Source: Felis catus (taxonomy: Eukaryota). From it: 64,000 nucleotides of DNA. The stretch lies in NCBI RefSeq assembly GCF_018350175.1, contig NC_058368.1:201998001-202062000 (forward strand), read 5' to 3'. Under the pieces are notes generated by a model. It saw only the letters and a program-made list of their open reading frames with translations, made no database searches and was not told the origin of the DNA. Positions within the stretch are counted from its first letter, which is position 1. Every line of letters begins with the position of its first letter. Positions 1 through 14,035 of the stretch are shown here, one piece after another. Both the position numbers and the translations under genes were made by a program.

Positions 1-2360
1 TTATCATTTTCCTTCATCTGTCTATGGCACTGAGGCCTTGGTTTATGTAGCTTCCCATGGCCTTTGGTCTTTCATTCTGTAGCTCCTCCTTATGGTACTG
101 GGCTGAACACAAGCTCGATAAAGTCAGGGTCCTTTCTGGTTGTACTTGCTTTATATCTTCAGCATTTAAAATAGTGTCCAGCCCAAGGTAAAGGATAAAC
201 AATTTATGGATGAATAAATGGCAAAATAGTGCACAAAAACAAGAATTCAGTAGGGTCTATTCACAGGCAGATTTGTATTAGATGATAAGACTTGCATGAA
301 ATCTTAATTTGTGATGTTTTGCTACACTACCTAAACTTTACAGGTAATATTAGGAATAAGGTAAGGATAAAGCATTTCTAAATATACCCCAAACAATATA
401 TATCTTAATTAAGAGAAACTTTCTGGGTTTGTTTTTTTGTTTTTGTTTTTGTTTTTGTTTTTTTGGTAATATAGAATCTCCTTAAGAACAGAACTGTTAA
501 CTTTTAAATCTAGAATATGTTAAACTTAACACCAATAACTTAAGAGGATTTTCAAAAATTAGAATGCCGGTGGCTTCTTTTAGAGAACTTACGCACTTTC
601 GTGGTAAGAACAACAAAAAAAAGTTTTTGAAATTGTGTGGTTTCAGAGCATAGAGGAAGAAAGCAACAAACTTTAGAAGTTCCTCATTGCCCATCTTTTG
701 TATAAATTTGCAGGTTTCATAGCATGAATTTTTTACCTGGGTGGAAAAAGCAAAGATTTTTCCTACTTCGGAATTATCACCCATGTAAAATATGTTAAAG
801 TGTAAGTGACTGAAACATTCAATTAAAGTACAGAAAAGTGCAATATTTTTAAAAGTTTAAAGTAAAACCTGCATGAGTGTGTCCGGTGGTTAGATTTTTG
901 AGGTCTGGTATTTCCTACTGGTTATATTGCTAAATCTTTTTTTTTTTTTTTTTTTAACATAGTTCCTAAAGAATAATAAAAAGAAAAATTCTAATGTCCA
1001 CTTCTTACCTATTTTAACTTTTATTTTTTAACTTCTCAATTACCCAACTTCTGGGATATGTTTTATCTGCTTTCTTCCTTCATAGAGTGAGAGCCTCTTG
1101 TATTTGTTTCTTTGTTTTTATTCCTCTTTTCTACAGTCCCTCCCCCCTTTTTGTCACCTACCTCTTGTATAGAGGAAATGCAGTTGCAATCATTGTGTTC
1201 TGCGTTTTGATTTACACTTTACCTCCTGTCCTCTGGTAAAGTAATTGACTAAAACCTTGTGTGTAGTTAGATCTTAGTGTGGTGCTTTTTTATTCAACTA
1301 AAACAAAGATGACAGTTTCCTCACTTGCACGTTAAGGTGGAGTGTATCTTTAGTCATGGAATACAGCTGCCCCATTATTCTCACAAAACAGCTTTCCTTC
1401 CAGTATTTCTTATTTTATTTTATTTACTTTTCTAAGTGATCTATACGCCCAACGTGGGGCTTGAACTCAAAACTCTGAGATGAAGTGTTGCATCCTCTAC
1501 TGCCTGAGCCAGCCAGGGGCCCCTTTGTATTTCTTATTTTAGAAACACAACGCAGCACCACTCACTGAACTGCCCAGCCCCAAGTGGGAATTTCAACTTC
1601 GGCTTCTTCCCTTCTGTCCCTTCTACCCCACGGCTAAGTACCCCTGAGTTCCTGTATATGGCCTCCTAAATAACTCATGAATAAATCCACTTCTTTCCAT
1701 CTCTTCTCTTGTTTATTCCAATCCATTTTCCACAAAAAAGCCACATTAGCCCTTATTGGAAGCTCAGACCTCTCCTCCTCCCTATGTGAGGAGTATAAAC
1801 CAACCCCAGAGGACCTTTTAGACTCTGACTCCAGCTTTCCTCCCTCACCCTGAGTTTTTCCACCATTCTCTTCCCTGGCCTGATAACTACTCTCCAGCCA
1901 TGATGTGGTTCTTTCAGCTCCTGGAACCTGCTCTTTGTCTTGTGCTTATACATTTGTTTTCTTACTTCCTGGCATTTGCGCATGCTCTCTGCTCTGTCTG
2001 GAACACTCTTTTCTCAGCTCTTCCTCTGCCTAACTCCCTCTTATCCTTCAGAATTCATCTGAAATGTTATTTCCACTTGTAAATCTTAATGGACTCTGAA
2101 GAACCTTATTTTCGATCCCTTCATAGTACTTACACGTCATTTTCTTTCTAAGTGGGTGGCCCATCACACTGCTGTTTCTTACTAGGTGAAACCTTTTGTT
2201 CACTATTTTGTCTCCAATACCTAACATTATACCTTACTACGATAAGCACTAATAAACCATGTTTGAATTGGTGAGTTCACATATTTCATTTTAGGTTTAT
2301 TATTTTGACTAGATTGGGTGCTTTCTGCCTTCTTATTTTTCTGTCTCTTCCACTTCCTTC

Positions 2361-3090
2361 TGTCAAAGACAAACAAAACCGGGCACTCGACAAAGTGGTA
2401 AGGACAAATTCTAATCAGTAATACGTTATCACATAAAGAAGAGAGTCCAGTGTGAACTGAACTCAACTTCAATTTGTACAGAAGTGACTGGCTGCTTTAA
2501 AAGGAGAATGAGTGAATTGGGGAGGGAGTGATCATGGGCACAGTAGAGTCAGGGAAGTGGAAAATTACAAAATGCAGTGAACGGGTTCTTCCCACACGAA
2601 ACCCATCTGGGTTTGCTAACTGGCGCACTTATGGAGGTGAAGCTCCTATCCTCCAACAGAGGCTGGGAGACAAGGCCCCAACTTCAGGTATTGGCTGAAA
2701 CAAACAGTGAATTCTTTTGGCAGCTTTGAGTTTTCTTAGGTGGACTTTAACGGGGTGCTAGAGTCATCCTAGGGATGTGGCCTTGTGTTGTTAGAAACTA
2801 TACTGATATTTAAGTCTTTGTTACCAGAGGGGAGGGTGTGGGGGGATGGGTTAGACAGGTGTTGAGGTTAAGAAGTGCACTTGGGAAGAGCACACGGTGA
2901 TGTATGTAACTGTTAAATTACTATATTGTACACCCCAAACCAATATAACCCTGTATGTTAACCAATTGGAATTAAAATAAAAATGTAAGGTAAAACAAAA
3001 AAAAGTCTTTATAGGCCAAGATTGAGGCTTGTCAAGAAGAAGGCTCAGAGGAGCCTGGCTAAAGTTTGGTCAAGGAGGGAACCAATGGCA
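2361..3090 (-). mobile_element. ERV1 solo-LTR-like element (MER31/MER67-like) with an L1 3' fragment inserted at about 2820-3005
   Basis: Minus strand reads TG...CCTTGACCAAACTTTAGCCAGGCTCCTCTGAGCC...TTGTCTTTGACA. Confidence 0.55.
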
Positions 3091-5155
3091 CTTCTTTGAA
3101 TACTTCTAAAATCTCCTCTTTTTAATTTATATTTTGCCTTTCCTTTGCCAATGTTTCCATCCAACAGAATTAAAGCAAATTAAATGTATTAAATAATCCT
3201 TAATGCATAATATCAAGGCACCTGGCTGGCTCAGTCTGTAGAGCCTTTGACTCTTGATCTTGGGGTCGTGAGTTCCACCTTGGGTAGAAAGATTACTTAA
3301 AATAAATAAACCGTGATATATGATATAAATTTAACAGAGCTATATCGACTCACACTGATTATGCATGTAGCATTTGAAACTGAGAGCAAATTGATATGAA
3401 TTGGCACCAAGATACTAATTTCTAACACTGATGCTATTGCCCAATAATAGCTGTTTATATATCAGGTTTATGAATATTCCTGAAAAGTCATTGTTGGCCA
3501 CTTCTAGAGGGACTCTCCTATCTTCCTTCTGAAGTGAGTAGTCAGGGTCTCCCTTTATTCTGAGTGTATCCTTCTTGGTCTATGGTAATGATTACGACCT
3601 TACATCTCATGTTTCTGACATCAGAAGGAGATGTCTTCAACATTTCACTAACTTAGAAAAGGAAGGTAATAAAACGTTCTTTATGGTAAGCATTTTTCCA
3701 CTCCAAGCTCAAAGAAGGAAGTTTTAGGGAGCATGAAATAAATATTTCCAGTCAAACTGAACAGACTTGTTAAGCCAGGAGTTTCTTTCTTTCTCTTATA
3801 TTTATGGTCCTATCCTGATCAAGGACAAAATAATGTACAGATAAAATTAAATAGTTCAAGTGCGTTTTTTGAATATTTGATCTACTCACTAAATCATGTG
3901 GTTTATAACTCAGTACAGTTCTTCAATTATCCTTCCTAACTTCATTTCCTGGTTTATAAATAAAAATACAAGGTCTTTCAGATAACTCAATTAATTTCTT
4001 AGAGTTTAATATATCCCTCTTTGTGATAGGTCTATATGCTAAAACTGTTTGGTCCAAGGTGATATTTCTGAGCTCAATATAAAGAGCTATGTTGTAAAAA
4101 CACCAAAGATCTGTTCTTAAGAATGACAGTTAGGGGGGAAGCCATGCATAGGTGGGGGCAAAGGATATATGAGAAATCTCTTTACCTCCCTCTCAATCTT
4201 TCTGTGAACCCCAAACTTCCCTAAAAGTCTTTAAAAGAAGAAAAAGAAGAAAGCCAGTTAGTTGTTGCTCTTATTTATACTATGATACTGAGGAAAAGGG
4301 GAAATGGGGAGATGTTGGTCAAAGGGTACAAACTTCCTGTTACAAGATGAATAAGTTCTAGAGATCTAATATACAGCATGACTACAGTCAACAGTACTGT
4401 ATGATATACTTGAAAGTTACTAAGGGAGATCTTAAATGTTCTCACCACAAGTACAAAAATGGTAATTATGTGAGTTGATGGAGATGTTAACTAACTCCTT
4501 TGTGGTAATCATTTCACAATATATGTGTGTATACATCTTAAACTTACACATAGTTATATGCCAAGTATATCTCAGTAAAGCTGAGGAAGAAGGAATAATC
4601 TGTTTTATCTCTAAATCCAGACTTAGAGTAAGTATACTGGAAAGGAGTTTGTGTTCAAAGGAAGAGAAGAAGGTGACAGAGTTTTCAAGGCAACAAATAG
4701 CTTCAAGTAAGTCTTTTTATCATTCTTTGATTAAATATTCCAATAGCTTATGGATGTTACCATTCTATTTTTGGAGCATTGTTATTTTTGGAGTTAAATG
4801 CTTACTTCTCAGGGAGCAGGGAAGTACTGTAATACCTTTAATATAAAAATGCTCTGTTGCTTTTATAGGGCTCAAAATGGGTGGGATCTCACTGGTAAGG
4901 TCAGGTCAAGGAAGAGTTCTTGTTCTAGAAAAAGGGATTGCTTTTGGACAGAGTTCTCTCAGAGAAATGAATGTAAATAGGCACTGAAGAGGAAATTCTT
5001 TTTGTAAAATAATCCCCAAGTTATTTCTTACCAAATTCATTAAAAAAAAAAAAAATGGTTGCAAATTGCATGCAATTGTACATATATAAGATTGCACTTA
5101 TGATTTAAGCCTAATAAGACTAGGGAAACAAAGTGGGTATATATGTATGTATGTG

Positions 5156-5195
<40 letters not shown>

Positions 5196-5273
5196 CATAT
5201 ATATATATATTTTTTTTTTTTTCCAAGAACAAGAATTTCATTTAAAATAAAACACAGCAGTCATATTTGAAAT

Positions 5274-5289
5274 TGCCACTAGAGGGCAG
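5274..5289 (+). promoter_or_regulatory. Candidate CTCF site
   Basis: TGCCACTAGAGGGCAG matches the core consensus CCACYAGRKGGCR. Confidence 0.55.
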
Positions 5290-5435
5290 AAAATGGGGGA
5301 AAGGATATATAATAACAGTGGATTTCTAGAATCAGAACTTAAAACCTCTTGGAAACTTTGAAAACAACCGTCATAATAACAAGAATTAGTATTTATAAAG
5401 TGGCTACTATGTACTACTAAATTTTAAAGATTTCC

Positions 5436-5645
5436 TTTTTTTTTTAATGTTTATTTTTGAGAGACAGACAGACAGAGTGTGAGTGTGGAAGGGTTAGAGA
5501 GAGAGGGAGACACAGAAACTGAAGCAAGCTCCAGGTTCCGAGCTGTCAGCACAGAGCCTGATGCAGGGTTCAAGCCCACAAACTGTGAGATCATGGCTTG
5601 AGCTGAAGTTGGACACTTAACCAACTGAGCCACCCAGGTGTCCCT
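5436..5645 (-). mobile_element. CanSINE
   Basis: Reverse-complement CanSINE consensus with T-rich tail. Confidence 0.9.
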
Positions 5646-6542
5646 TAAGATTTCCATTTTGTAAATGGGGAAACAGGTTAAATGATAAGTGCAAGGTCAT
5701 GTAGTAAGCAAAAGGTAGCACTGGATTCAAATCCTACAATTTGACCTCAAAGTCTTTACATAGGATCACAACCTCTCTCCATGGACAACAGTTTCTTTTC
5801 TTTGAGTGTACTTTATTGAGAAGAAAAGAGTGTACAAACATCCTCTGAACTGTGAGTAGGTGCAAGAGGTTTTCCCAGCATGATGCATTGTCTAACTTGC
5901 TTCTACTGTGTTACCTGACAAACCAGGAATTTTGTGGGTGGTCTCATATACACACCTCGGAAAACCTAAGTCTAAAAATGTGATTCATTAATGCCGCAAA
6001 ATGCCAACATTATTAAGTTTTCTGAGTAATTTAAACTAATAAGCAGGACCTGTGAAGATATCATTATTAATAGTATGAGGGGGAGGCTGAGCCCAGAAGG
6101 AAAGAGTCGCTGCATTAACGAAATAGAAGACCAGAGAGCACAGCGTGTTCTTCAGCCACATTTGTGAAAGGTGTAAATTAAAATAGAATGGTTGGAGGAG
6201 CCAAGATGACAGAACAGCATGGAAGCTTTTTGTGTGTCTCGCGTCCATGAAATACAGCCAGACCAACACTACTAAACCATCCTACACACCTAGAAAATCG
6301 ATCGGAAGATTAACACAACAATCTGCACCACCTGAACCACAGAATTCAGCAGGTACGTGACACGAAGCGCTGAACTTGGGGAGCAAGAAGCCCCAAAAGG
6401 TAGGGACCTCCTTTTGTAGGCAGAGAGAGGACGGAGACTTGGGGGTGGGGCATACGGGAAAAGCATCCCTCCCCAAAAGCAGCTGGAGAGAAAGTGGAAA
6501 ATTCAAAACAGTGCAGGGACTCAACTAAAAAGGGAGAAAGGA

Positions 6543-6763
6543 GGGGCGCCTGGGTGGCGCAGTCGGTTAAGCGTCCGACTTCAGCCAGGTCACGATCTCG
6601 CGGTCTGTGAGTTTGAGCCCCGCGTCAGGCTCTGGGCTGATGGCTCAGAGCCTGGAGCCTGTTTCCGATTCTGTGTCTCCCTCTCTCTCTGCCCCTCCCC
6701 TGTTCATGCTCTGTCTCTCTCTGTCCCAAAAATAAATAAACGTTGAAAAAAAAATTAAAAAAA
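6543..6763 (+). mobile_element. Young felid CanSINE inserted in the L1 5'UTR
   Basis: GGGGCGCCTGGGTGGCGCAGTCGG head, CT-rich body, A tail. TSD AAAAAGGGAGAAAGGA at 6527-6542 and 6764-6779. Confidence 0.95.
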
Positions 6764-8594
6764 AAAAAGGGAGAAAGGAGAAAGGAGAGGGTTTAAATTC
6801 CATTAAGACTGTAAACAAGGGGAGCGCAAAGGCTGCAACTCTGCAGCTCCATACCTGGTGGTGCTCTGGTGGGAAAGGTGAATCCCCAGGAACAGAGTGG
6901 GGTCCGGGAGGTTCTTGGGCCACACGGGGAAAAGCGGTTCCACTGCTGGAAGGACATTTGGTAGAGACTGTTGAAGCCACCTGGTCCCAGCAGACCCCAG
7001 AAGGCAGCCACATTCGCTGGTGCTGGGGCAAGGTTGTTGAGGGTGAAGCCTGGTGCCAGATGTGTTGCAATTTTCCATGGTCCCTGAAACGCTGAGGCCA
7101 CACTGTCTCGTGATTTTTGGGTGGGCGGACTGGCACCTGGCCGCAGTCTCGGGGCACCGGCAACAGCAGGGTCCAGCAGGCGTTCCTGGGTAGAGCCAAC
7201 ATTCGGCCACTCCTCATTCGGCCATTGCTCAGTGAGACCCTCCCACAGAGGGGCGGAGCGGGTCAAAGCCGCAGTCCTTTGGAAGTAAGGGGCTGGGGAA
7301 AAGCACCGCATCTGAGACAAAGCTCGGGAGAGAGGTACTGCCTGGGGCCCAGTCACGGAGAGTGGAAAAACAGAGAGTGGAAGAGAGCTGAAGACAGAGG
7401 ATCAGTGCGCAATTGCTGATCCGGGAGAACAGACTGGGTGGCTGGATGGTGCCATTTTTCACCGCTCCCGCGCATACGCATGCGCGCCCACGAGCACCGC
7501 AACAATCCACCCCAGTAGGCTAGCAGCGCCATCTAGGGGACAGCAGAGCTGTTACACCGAGCCCCGCCCAACTGGGCCAACTTCACTCTTCAAGAACACA
7601 AACCTCACCTCCGGCTTAATCTATGGACTATAAAGAGCTACATGGACTGAACTCTAGGGGAAAACGAAGCAATTTCAGTCTGACTTCAATCTGTTAGCAG
7701 GTTCATCTATTCCATTTTTTTTCTCTCTTTCCTTTTTCTCTTTTATAATTCTTTTCTTTTTCTTGAATACAGAAAGAGTAAAAACCTCATCTTTATTTTC
7801 AATTATTATTAAAAATATCTGTCTTTAATTTTTATTACTATATTTTTTACTTTTGTGTAATTTTTTTCAAATTCTATTTTACTTCCATCATTTTATTTTA
7901 GTCTACTTCAGTGTACTCACCTTTTCAAATTTTCAAAAAATTTCCTTTTTTCTTTCTTTTTCTTTTATCTCTTTTTCATTTCTTTTCCTTTAATGCAGAA
8001 AGAGAAAAACTTCGTTTTTACTTTCATTTTCTTTTTAAAATATTTTTATTTAATTTTTATTACTATATTTTTTGCTTTTATGTAAATTTTTTCAAATTCT
8101 ATCTTAGTCCCATCATTTTATTTCAGTCTACTATAGTGTATTCACTTTTTCAAATTTTCAAACGATTTCTTTTTTTGTATTTTCTTTTTTCTTTTTTTTA
8201 TCTTTTTTCTATTCTTCGTGTTTCTTTTTCTTAAATACAGAAAATGAAAAAATTCATATTTCTTTTTAACTTTTGTTAAAAATATTTTTCTATAATTTTT
8301 CTGCTATATTCTCTACTTTTGTGTATTTTAGTCTACTTTAGTGTATTCATTTTTTCAAATTCTCAAACGATTTCCTTTTTTTTTCTCTCCCCCCACTTTT
8401 GTTTGTAGGTTTGTTTGTTTCTCTAATTTGTCAAACCACTTTCTACACCCAGACCAAAACACACCTAGAATCTAGCATCATCTATTCGATTTTTGTGTGG
8501 ATGTGTTTTTTAATTTTTAATTTTAATATTTTTTTAATTTTAATTTTTTTAATTTCAATTTTTCTACCTGATTAATTCCTTTTCTCCCTTCAAA

Positions 8595-9474
8595 ATGACA
8601 AAACGAAGGAATTCACCCCAAAAGAAAGAGCACGAAGAAATGACAGCCAGGGATTTAACCAACACAGACACAAGCAAGATGTCTGAACCAGAATTTAGAA
8701 TCACGATAATAAGAATACTAGCTGGAGTCAAAAATAGATTAGAATCCCTTCCTGCAGAGATAAAAGAAGTAAAAAATAGCCAGAATGAAATTAAAAATGT
8801 TATAACTGAGCTGCAATCATGGATGGATGCAGCGGCGGCAAGAATGGACAAGGCAGAACAGAGAATCAGCGATATAGAGGACACACTTATAGAGAATAAT
8901 GAAGCAGAAAAAAAAGGGAGATGAGGCAAAAAAGCACGATTTAAGAATTAGAGAAATCAGTGACTCATTAAAAAGGAACAACATCAGAATCATAGGGGTC
9001 CCAGAAGAGGAAGAGAGAGAAATAGGGGTAGAAGGGTTATGTGAGCAGATCATAGCAGAAAACTTTCCTAACCTGGGGAAAGACACAAACATCAAAATCC
9101 AGGAAGCACAAAGGACTCCCATTAGATTCAACAAAAACCGACCATCAACAAGGCATATCATAGTCAAATTCACAAAATACTCAGGCAAGGAGAGAATCAT
9201 GAAAACAGCAAGGGAAAAAAAAGTCCCTAACCTACAAGGAAAGACAGATCAGGTGTGCAGCAGACCTATCCACAGAAACTTGGCAGGCAGAAAGGAGTGG
9301 CTGGATATATTTAGTGTGTTGAATGAGAAAAATATGCAGCCAAGAATTCTTTATCCAAGAAGGCTGTCATTCAAAATAGAAGGAGAGATAAAAAGTTTCT
9401 CAGACAAACAAAAATTAAAGGAGTTTGTGACCACTAAACCAGCTCTGCAAGAAAATTTAAGGGGGACTCTCTGA
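8595..9474 (+). pseudogene. L1 ORF1p, frameshifted
   Basis: MTKRRNSPQKKE... continues as ...DSLKRNNIRIIGVPEEEE...QPRILYP; the frame breaks at the A-run near 8908-8914. Confidence 0.92.
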
Positions 9475-9487
9475 GGGGAGAAAAGAA

Positions 9488-9531
<44 letters not shown>

Positions 9532-9591
9532 TATATATATATATTTTAATTTGGTATATTTGGTACATTTTAATTTGGCATATTTTAATTT

Positions 9592-9637
<46 letters not shown>

Positions 9638-9703
9638 AAAAGCAACAAAAGATTAGAAGGACCAGAGAACACCACCAGAAACTCCAACTCTACAAGCATC
9701 ATA

Positions 9704-12700
9704 ATGGCAATAAATTCATATCTTTCAGTACTCACTCTAAACGTCAATGGACTCAATGCTCCAATCAAAAGACATAGGGTAACAGAATGGGTAAGAAAAC
9801 AAGACCCATCTATATGCTGTTTACAAGAGACCCACTTTAGACCTAAAGACACCTACAGGTTGAAAATAAGGGGATGGAGAACCAGGTATCATGCTAATGG
9901 TCAACAAAAGAAAGCTGGAGTAGCCATACTTATATCAGACAATCTAGACTTTAAAATAAAGACTGTATCAAGAGATGCAGAAGGGCATTATATCATAATC
10001 AAGGGGTCTACAGACCAAGAAGACCTAACAATTGTAAACATTTATGCGCCAAATGTGGCAACACCCAAATATATAAATCAATTAATCACAAACATAAAGA
10101 AACTCATTGATAGTAATACCATAATAGTAGGAGACTTCAACACCCCACTCACAGCAATGGACAGATCATCTAATCAAAAAATCAACAAGAAACAATGGCT
10201 TTGAATGACACTTAACAGATGGACTTAACAGATATATTCAGAACATTTCATCCTAAAGCAGCAGAATATACATTCTTCTCCAGTGCACATGGAACGTTCT
10301 CCAGAATAGACCATATACTGGGATACAAATCAGCCCTAAGTAAGTACAAAAAAATCGAGATCATACCGTGCATATTTTCAGACCACAATGCTATGAAGCT
10401 CGAAATCAATCACAAGAAAAAATTTGGAAAGGTAACAAATACGTGGAGACTGAAGAACATCCTACTAAAGAATGAGTGGGCTAACCAAGCAGTTAAAGAA
10501 GAAATTAAAAAGTATATGGAAGTCAATGAAAATGATAGCACCACAACCCAAAACCTCTGGGACGTGGCAAAGGCAGTCATAAGAGGAACGTATATAGAAA
10601 TCCAGGCCTTCCTAAAGAAGGAAGAAAGATCTCAGATACACAACCTAACATTATGCCTTAAGGAGCTGGAAAAAGAACAGCAAATAAAACCCAAAACCAG
10701 CAGAAGACAGGAAATAATAAAGATTGGAGCAGAAATTAATGCTATCAAAACGAAAAAACGGTAGAACAGATCAATGAAACCAGAAGCTGGTTTTTTGAAA
10801 GAATTAACAAAATTGATAAACCACTAGCCAGTTTGATCAAGAAGAAAAAGGAAAAGACCCAAATAAGTAAAATCAAGAAGAGGAGAAATCACAACCAACA
10901 CAACAGAAATAAAAACAATAATAAGAGAATATTATGAGCAATTATATGTCAATAAAATGGGCAATCTGGAAGAAATGGACAAATTCCTAGAAACATATAC
11001 ACTACCAAAACTGAAACAGGAAGAAATAGAAAATTTGAAAAGACCCATAACCAGTAAGGAAATCAAATTAGTAATAAAAAATCTGCCAAAAAACAAGAGT
11101 CCAGGACAAACGGCTTTCCAGGGGAATTCTACCTAACATTTAAGGAAGCATTAACACCTATTCTCTTGAAACTGTTCCAAAAAATAGAAATGGAAGGAAA
11201 ACTTCCAAACTCTTTCTATGAAGCCAGCATTACCCTGATTCCAAAACCAGACAGAGACCCCACTAAAAAGGAGAACTATAGACCAATTTCCCTGAGGAAC
11301 ATGGATGCAGAAATCCTCAACAAGATATTAGCCAACCAGACCCAACAATACATTAAAAAATTATTCACCACGACCAAGTGGGATTTATACCTGGGATGCA
11401 GGGCTGGTTCAATATCTGCAAAACAATTAATGTGATTCATCACATCAATAAAAGAAAGGACAAGAACCATATGATCCTCTCAATAGATGGAGAGAAAGCA
11501 TTTGACAAAATACAGAATCTTTTCTTGATAAAAACCCTCAAGAAAGTAGGGATAGAAGGATCATACCTCGAGATGATAAAAGCCATATACAAGTGACCCA
11601 ATGCTAATATCATCCTCAATGGGAAAAAACTGACAGCTTTCCCCCTAAGGTCAGAAACAAGACAGAGATGTCCACTCTCGCCACTGTTAGTCAACATAGT
11701 ATTGGGAAGTCTTAGCCTCTGCAACCAGAGAACACAAAGAAATAAAAGGCATCCAAATCGGCCAGGAGGAGGTCAAACTTTCACTCTTCGCAGATGACAT
11801 GATACTCTATATGGAAAACCCAAAAGATTCCACCAAAAAATTGCTAGAACTGTTCCATAAATTCAGCAAAGTTGCAGGATATAAAATCAATGCACAGAAA
11901 TTAGTTGCATTCCTATACACCAACAATGAAGCAACAGAAAAAGAAATCAAGGAATCAATCCCATTTACAGTTGCACAAAAAACCATAAAATACCTAGAAA
12001 TAAATCTAACCAAAGAGGTGAAAAATCTATACACTGAAAACTATAGAAAGTTTATGAAAGAAATTGAAGGAGACACAAACAAATGGAAAAAGATTCCATG
12101 TTCCTGGATAGGAAGAACAAATATTGTTAAAATGTCAATACTACCCAAAGTAATCTACATATTCAATGCAATCCCTATCAAAATAACACCAGCATTCTTC
12201 ACAGAACTAGAACAAACAACCCTAAAATTTGTATGGAACCAGAAAAGACCCTGAATAGCCAAAGCAATCTTGAAAAAGAAAACCAAAGCAGGAGGGATCA
12301 CAATCCCAGACTTCAAGCTATACTACAAAGCTGTAATCATCAGGGCGCCTGGGTGGCTCAGTAGGTTAAGCAGCCGACTTCAGCTCAGGTCACGATCTCG
12401 CAGTCCGTGAGTTCGAGCCCCGCGTCGGGCTCTGGGCTGATGGCTCAGAGCCTGGAGCCTGCTTCCAATTCTGTGTCTCCCTCTCTCTGCCCCTCCCCCG
12501 TTCATGCTCTGTCTCTCTCTGTCTCAAAAATAAATAAAAAGTAAAAAAAAAAATTAAAAAAAAAAAGCTGTAATCATCAAGAGAGTATGGTACTGGCACA
12601 AGAACAGACTCTCAGATCAATGGAATTGAACAGAGAACCCAGAAATGGACCCACAAATGTATGGGCAACTAATCTTTGACAAAGCAGGAAAGAATATCTG

Positions 12701-13749
12701 ATGGAATAAAGACAGCCTCTTCAGCAAGTGGTGCTGGGAAAACTGGACAACAACATGCAGAAGAATGAACCTGGACCACTTTCTTATACCATACACAAAA
12801 AATAAACTCAAAGTGGATGAAAGACCTCAATGTAAGACAGGAAGCCATTAAAATCCTTGAGGAGAAAGCAGGCAAAAACCTCTTTGATCTTGCCCGCAGC
12901 AATTTCTTATTCAACATTGTCTCCAAAGGCAAGAGAAACAAAAACAAAAATGAACTACTGGGACCTCATCAAAATAAAAAGCTTCTGCACAGCGAAGGAA
13001 ACAATCAACGAAACTAAAAGGCAAGCGACAGAAGGGGAGAAGATATTCGCAAACGACATATCAGATAAAGGGTTAGTATCCAAAATGTATAAACAACTTA
13101 CCAAACTCAACACCCAAAGAACAAATAATCCAGTGAAGAAATGGGCAAAAGACATGAATAGACACTTCTCCAAAGAAGACATCCAGATGGCCAACCAACA
13201 TGAAAAAATGCTCAACATCACTCATCATCAGGGAAATACAAATCAAAACCACAATGAGATACCACCTCACACCTTTCAGAATGGCTAACATTAACAACTC
13301 AGGCAACAACGTTGACAAGGATGTTGGCGAGGATGCGGAGAAAGAGGATCTCTTTTGCACCGCTGGTGGGGATGCAAGCTGGTGCAGCCACTCTGGAAAA
13401 CAGTATGGAGGTTTCTATACTAAACATAGAACTATCCTACGACCCAGCAATTGCACTACTAGGCATTTATCCACAGGATACAGGTGTGCTGTTTCGAAGG
13501 GACACATGCACCCCCATGTTTATGGCAGCACTATCAACAATAGCCAAAGTATGGAAAGAGCCCAAATGTCCATTGATGGATGAATGGATAAAGAAGATGT
13601 GGTATATTTGTACAATGGAGTATTACTCAGCAATCAAAAAGAAAGAAATCTTGCCATTTGCAACTATGTGGATGGAACTGGAGGGTATTATGCTAAGTGA
13701 AATTAGTCAGTCAGAGAAAGACAAAAATCATATGAATTCACTCATATGA
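9704..13749 (+). pseudogene. L1 ORF2p (endonuclease, reverse transcriptase, C-terminal), with many frameshifts and stops
   Basis: Motifs [37 protein letters not shown] and FADDMILY; split into many short ORFs and interrupted by a SINE. Confidence 0.93.
12343..12563 (+). mobile_element. CanSINE inserted in L1 ORF2
   Basis: TSD AAAGCTGTAATCATCA at 12327-12342 and 12564-12579. Confidence 0.95.
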
Positions 13750-14035
13750 GGACTTTAAGAGAAAAACAGATGAACATAAGGGAAGGGAAACAAAAATAAT
13801 ATAAAAACAGGGAGGGGGACAAAACAAAAGAAATTGATAAATATAGAGAACAAACTGAGGGTTGCTGGAGGGGTTGTGGGAGGGGGGATGGGCTAAATGG
13901 GTAAAGGGCATTGAGGAATCTACTGATATCATTACTTCACTATATACTAACTAATTTGGATGTAAATTTTAAAAAATAAAAAAATAAAGTTAAATTACAA
14001 AGTTTAAATAAAATAGAATAGAATGGTTGAGTCAT

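Larger units (their letters stand above)
6195..14016 (+). mobile_element. Full-length carnivore LINE-1 (5'UTR, ORF1, ORF2, 3'UTR, A-rich tail), inactivated
   Basis: Begins GAGGAGCCAAGATG. ORF1 and ORF2 fragments appear in the ORF track. Target-site duplication (TSD) AATAGAATGGTTG at 6182-6194 and 14017-14029. Confidence 0.95.

Noticed and set aside
6543..6620. tRNA genes at SINE heads
   Set aside because: The A/B-box heads are followed by CT-rich bodies and A tails, so these are tRNA-derived SINEs and not tRNA genes.
8595..13749. Active, retrotransposition-competent L1
   Set aside because: Both ORFs have frameshifts and stops, and ORF2 contains a SINE.
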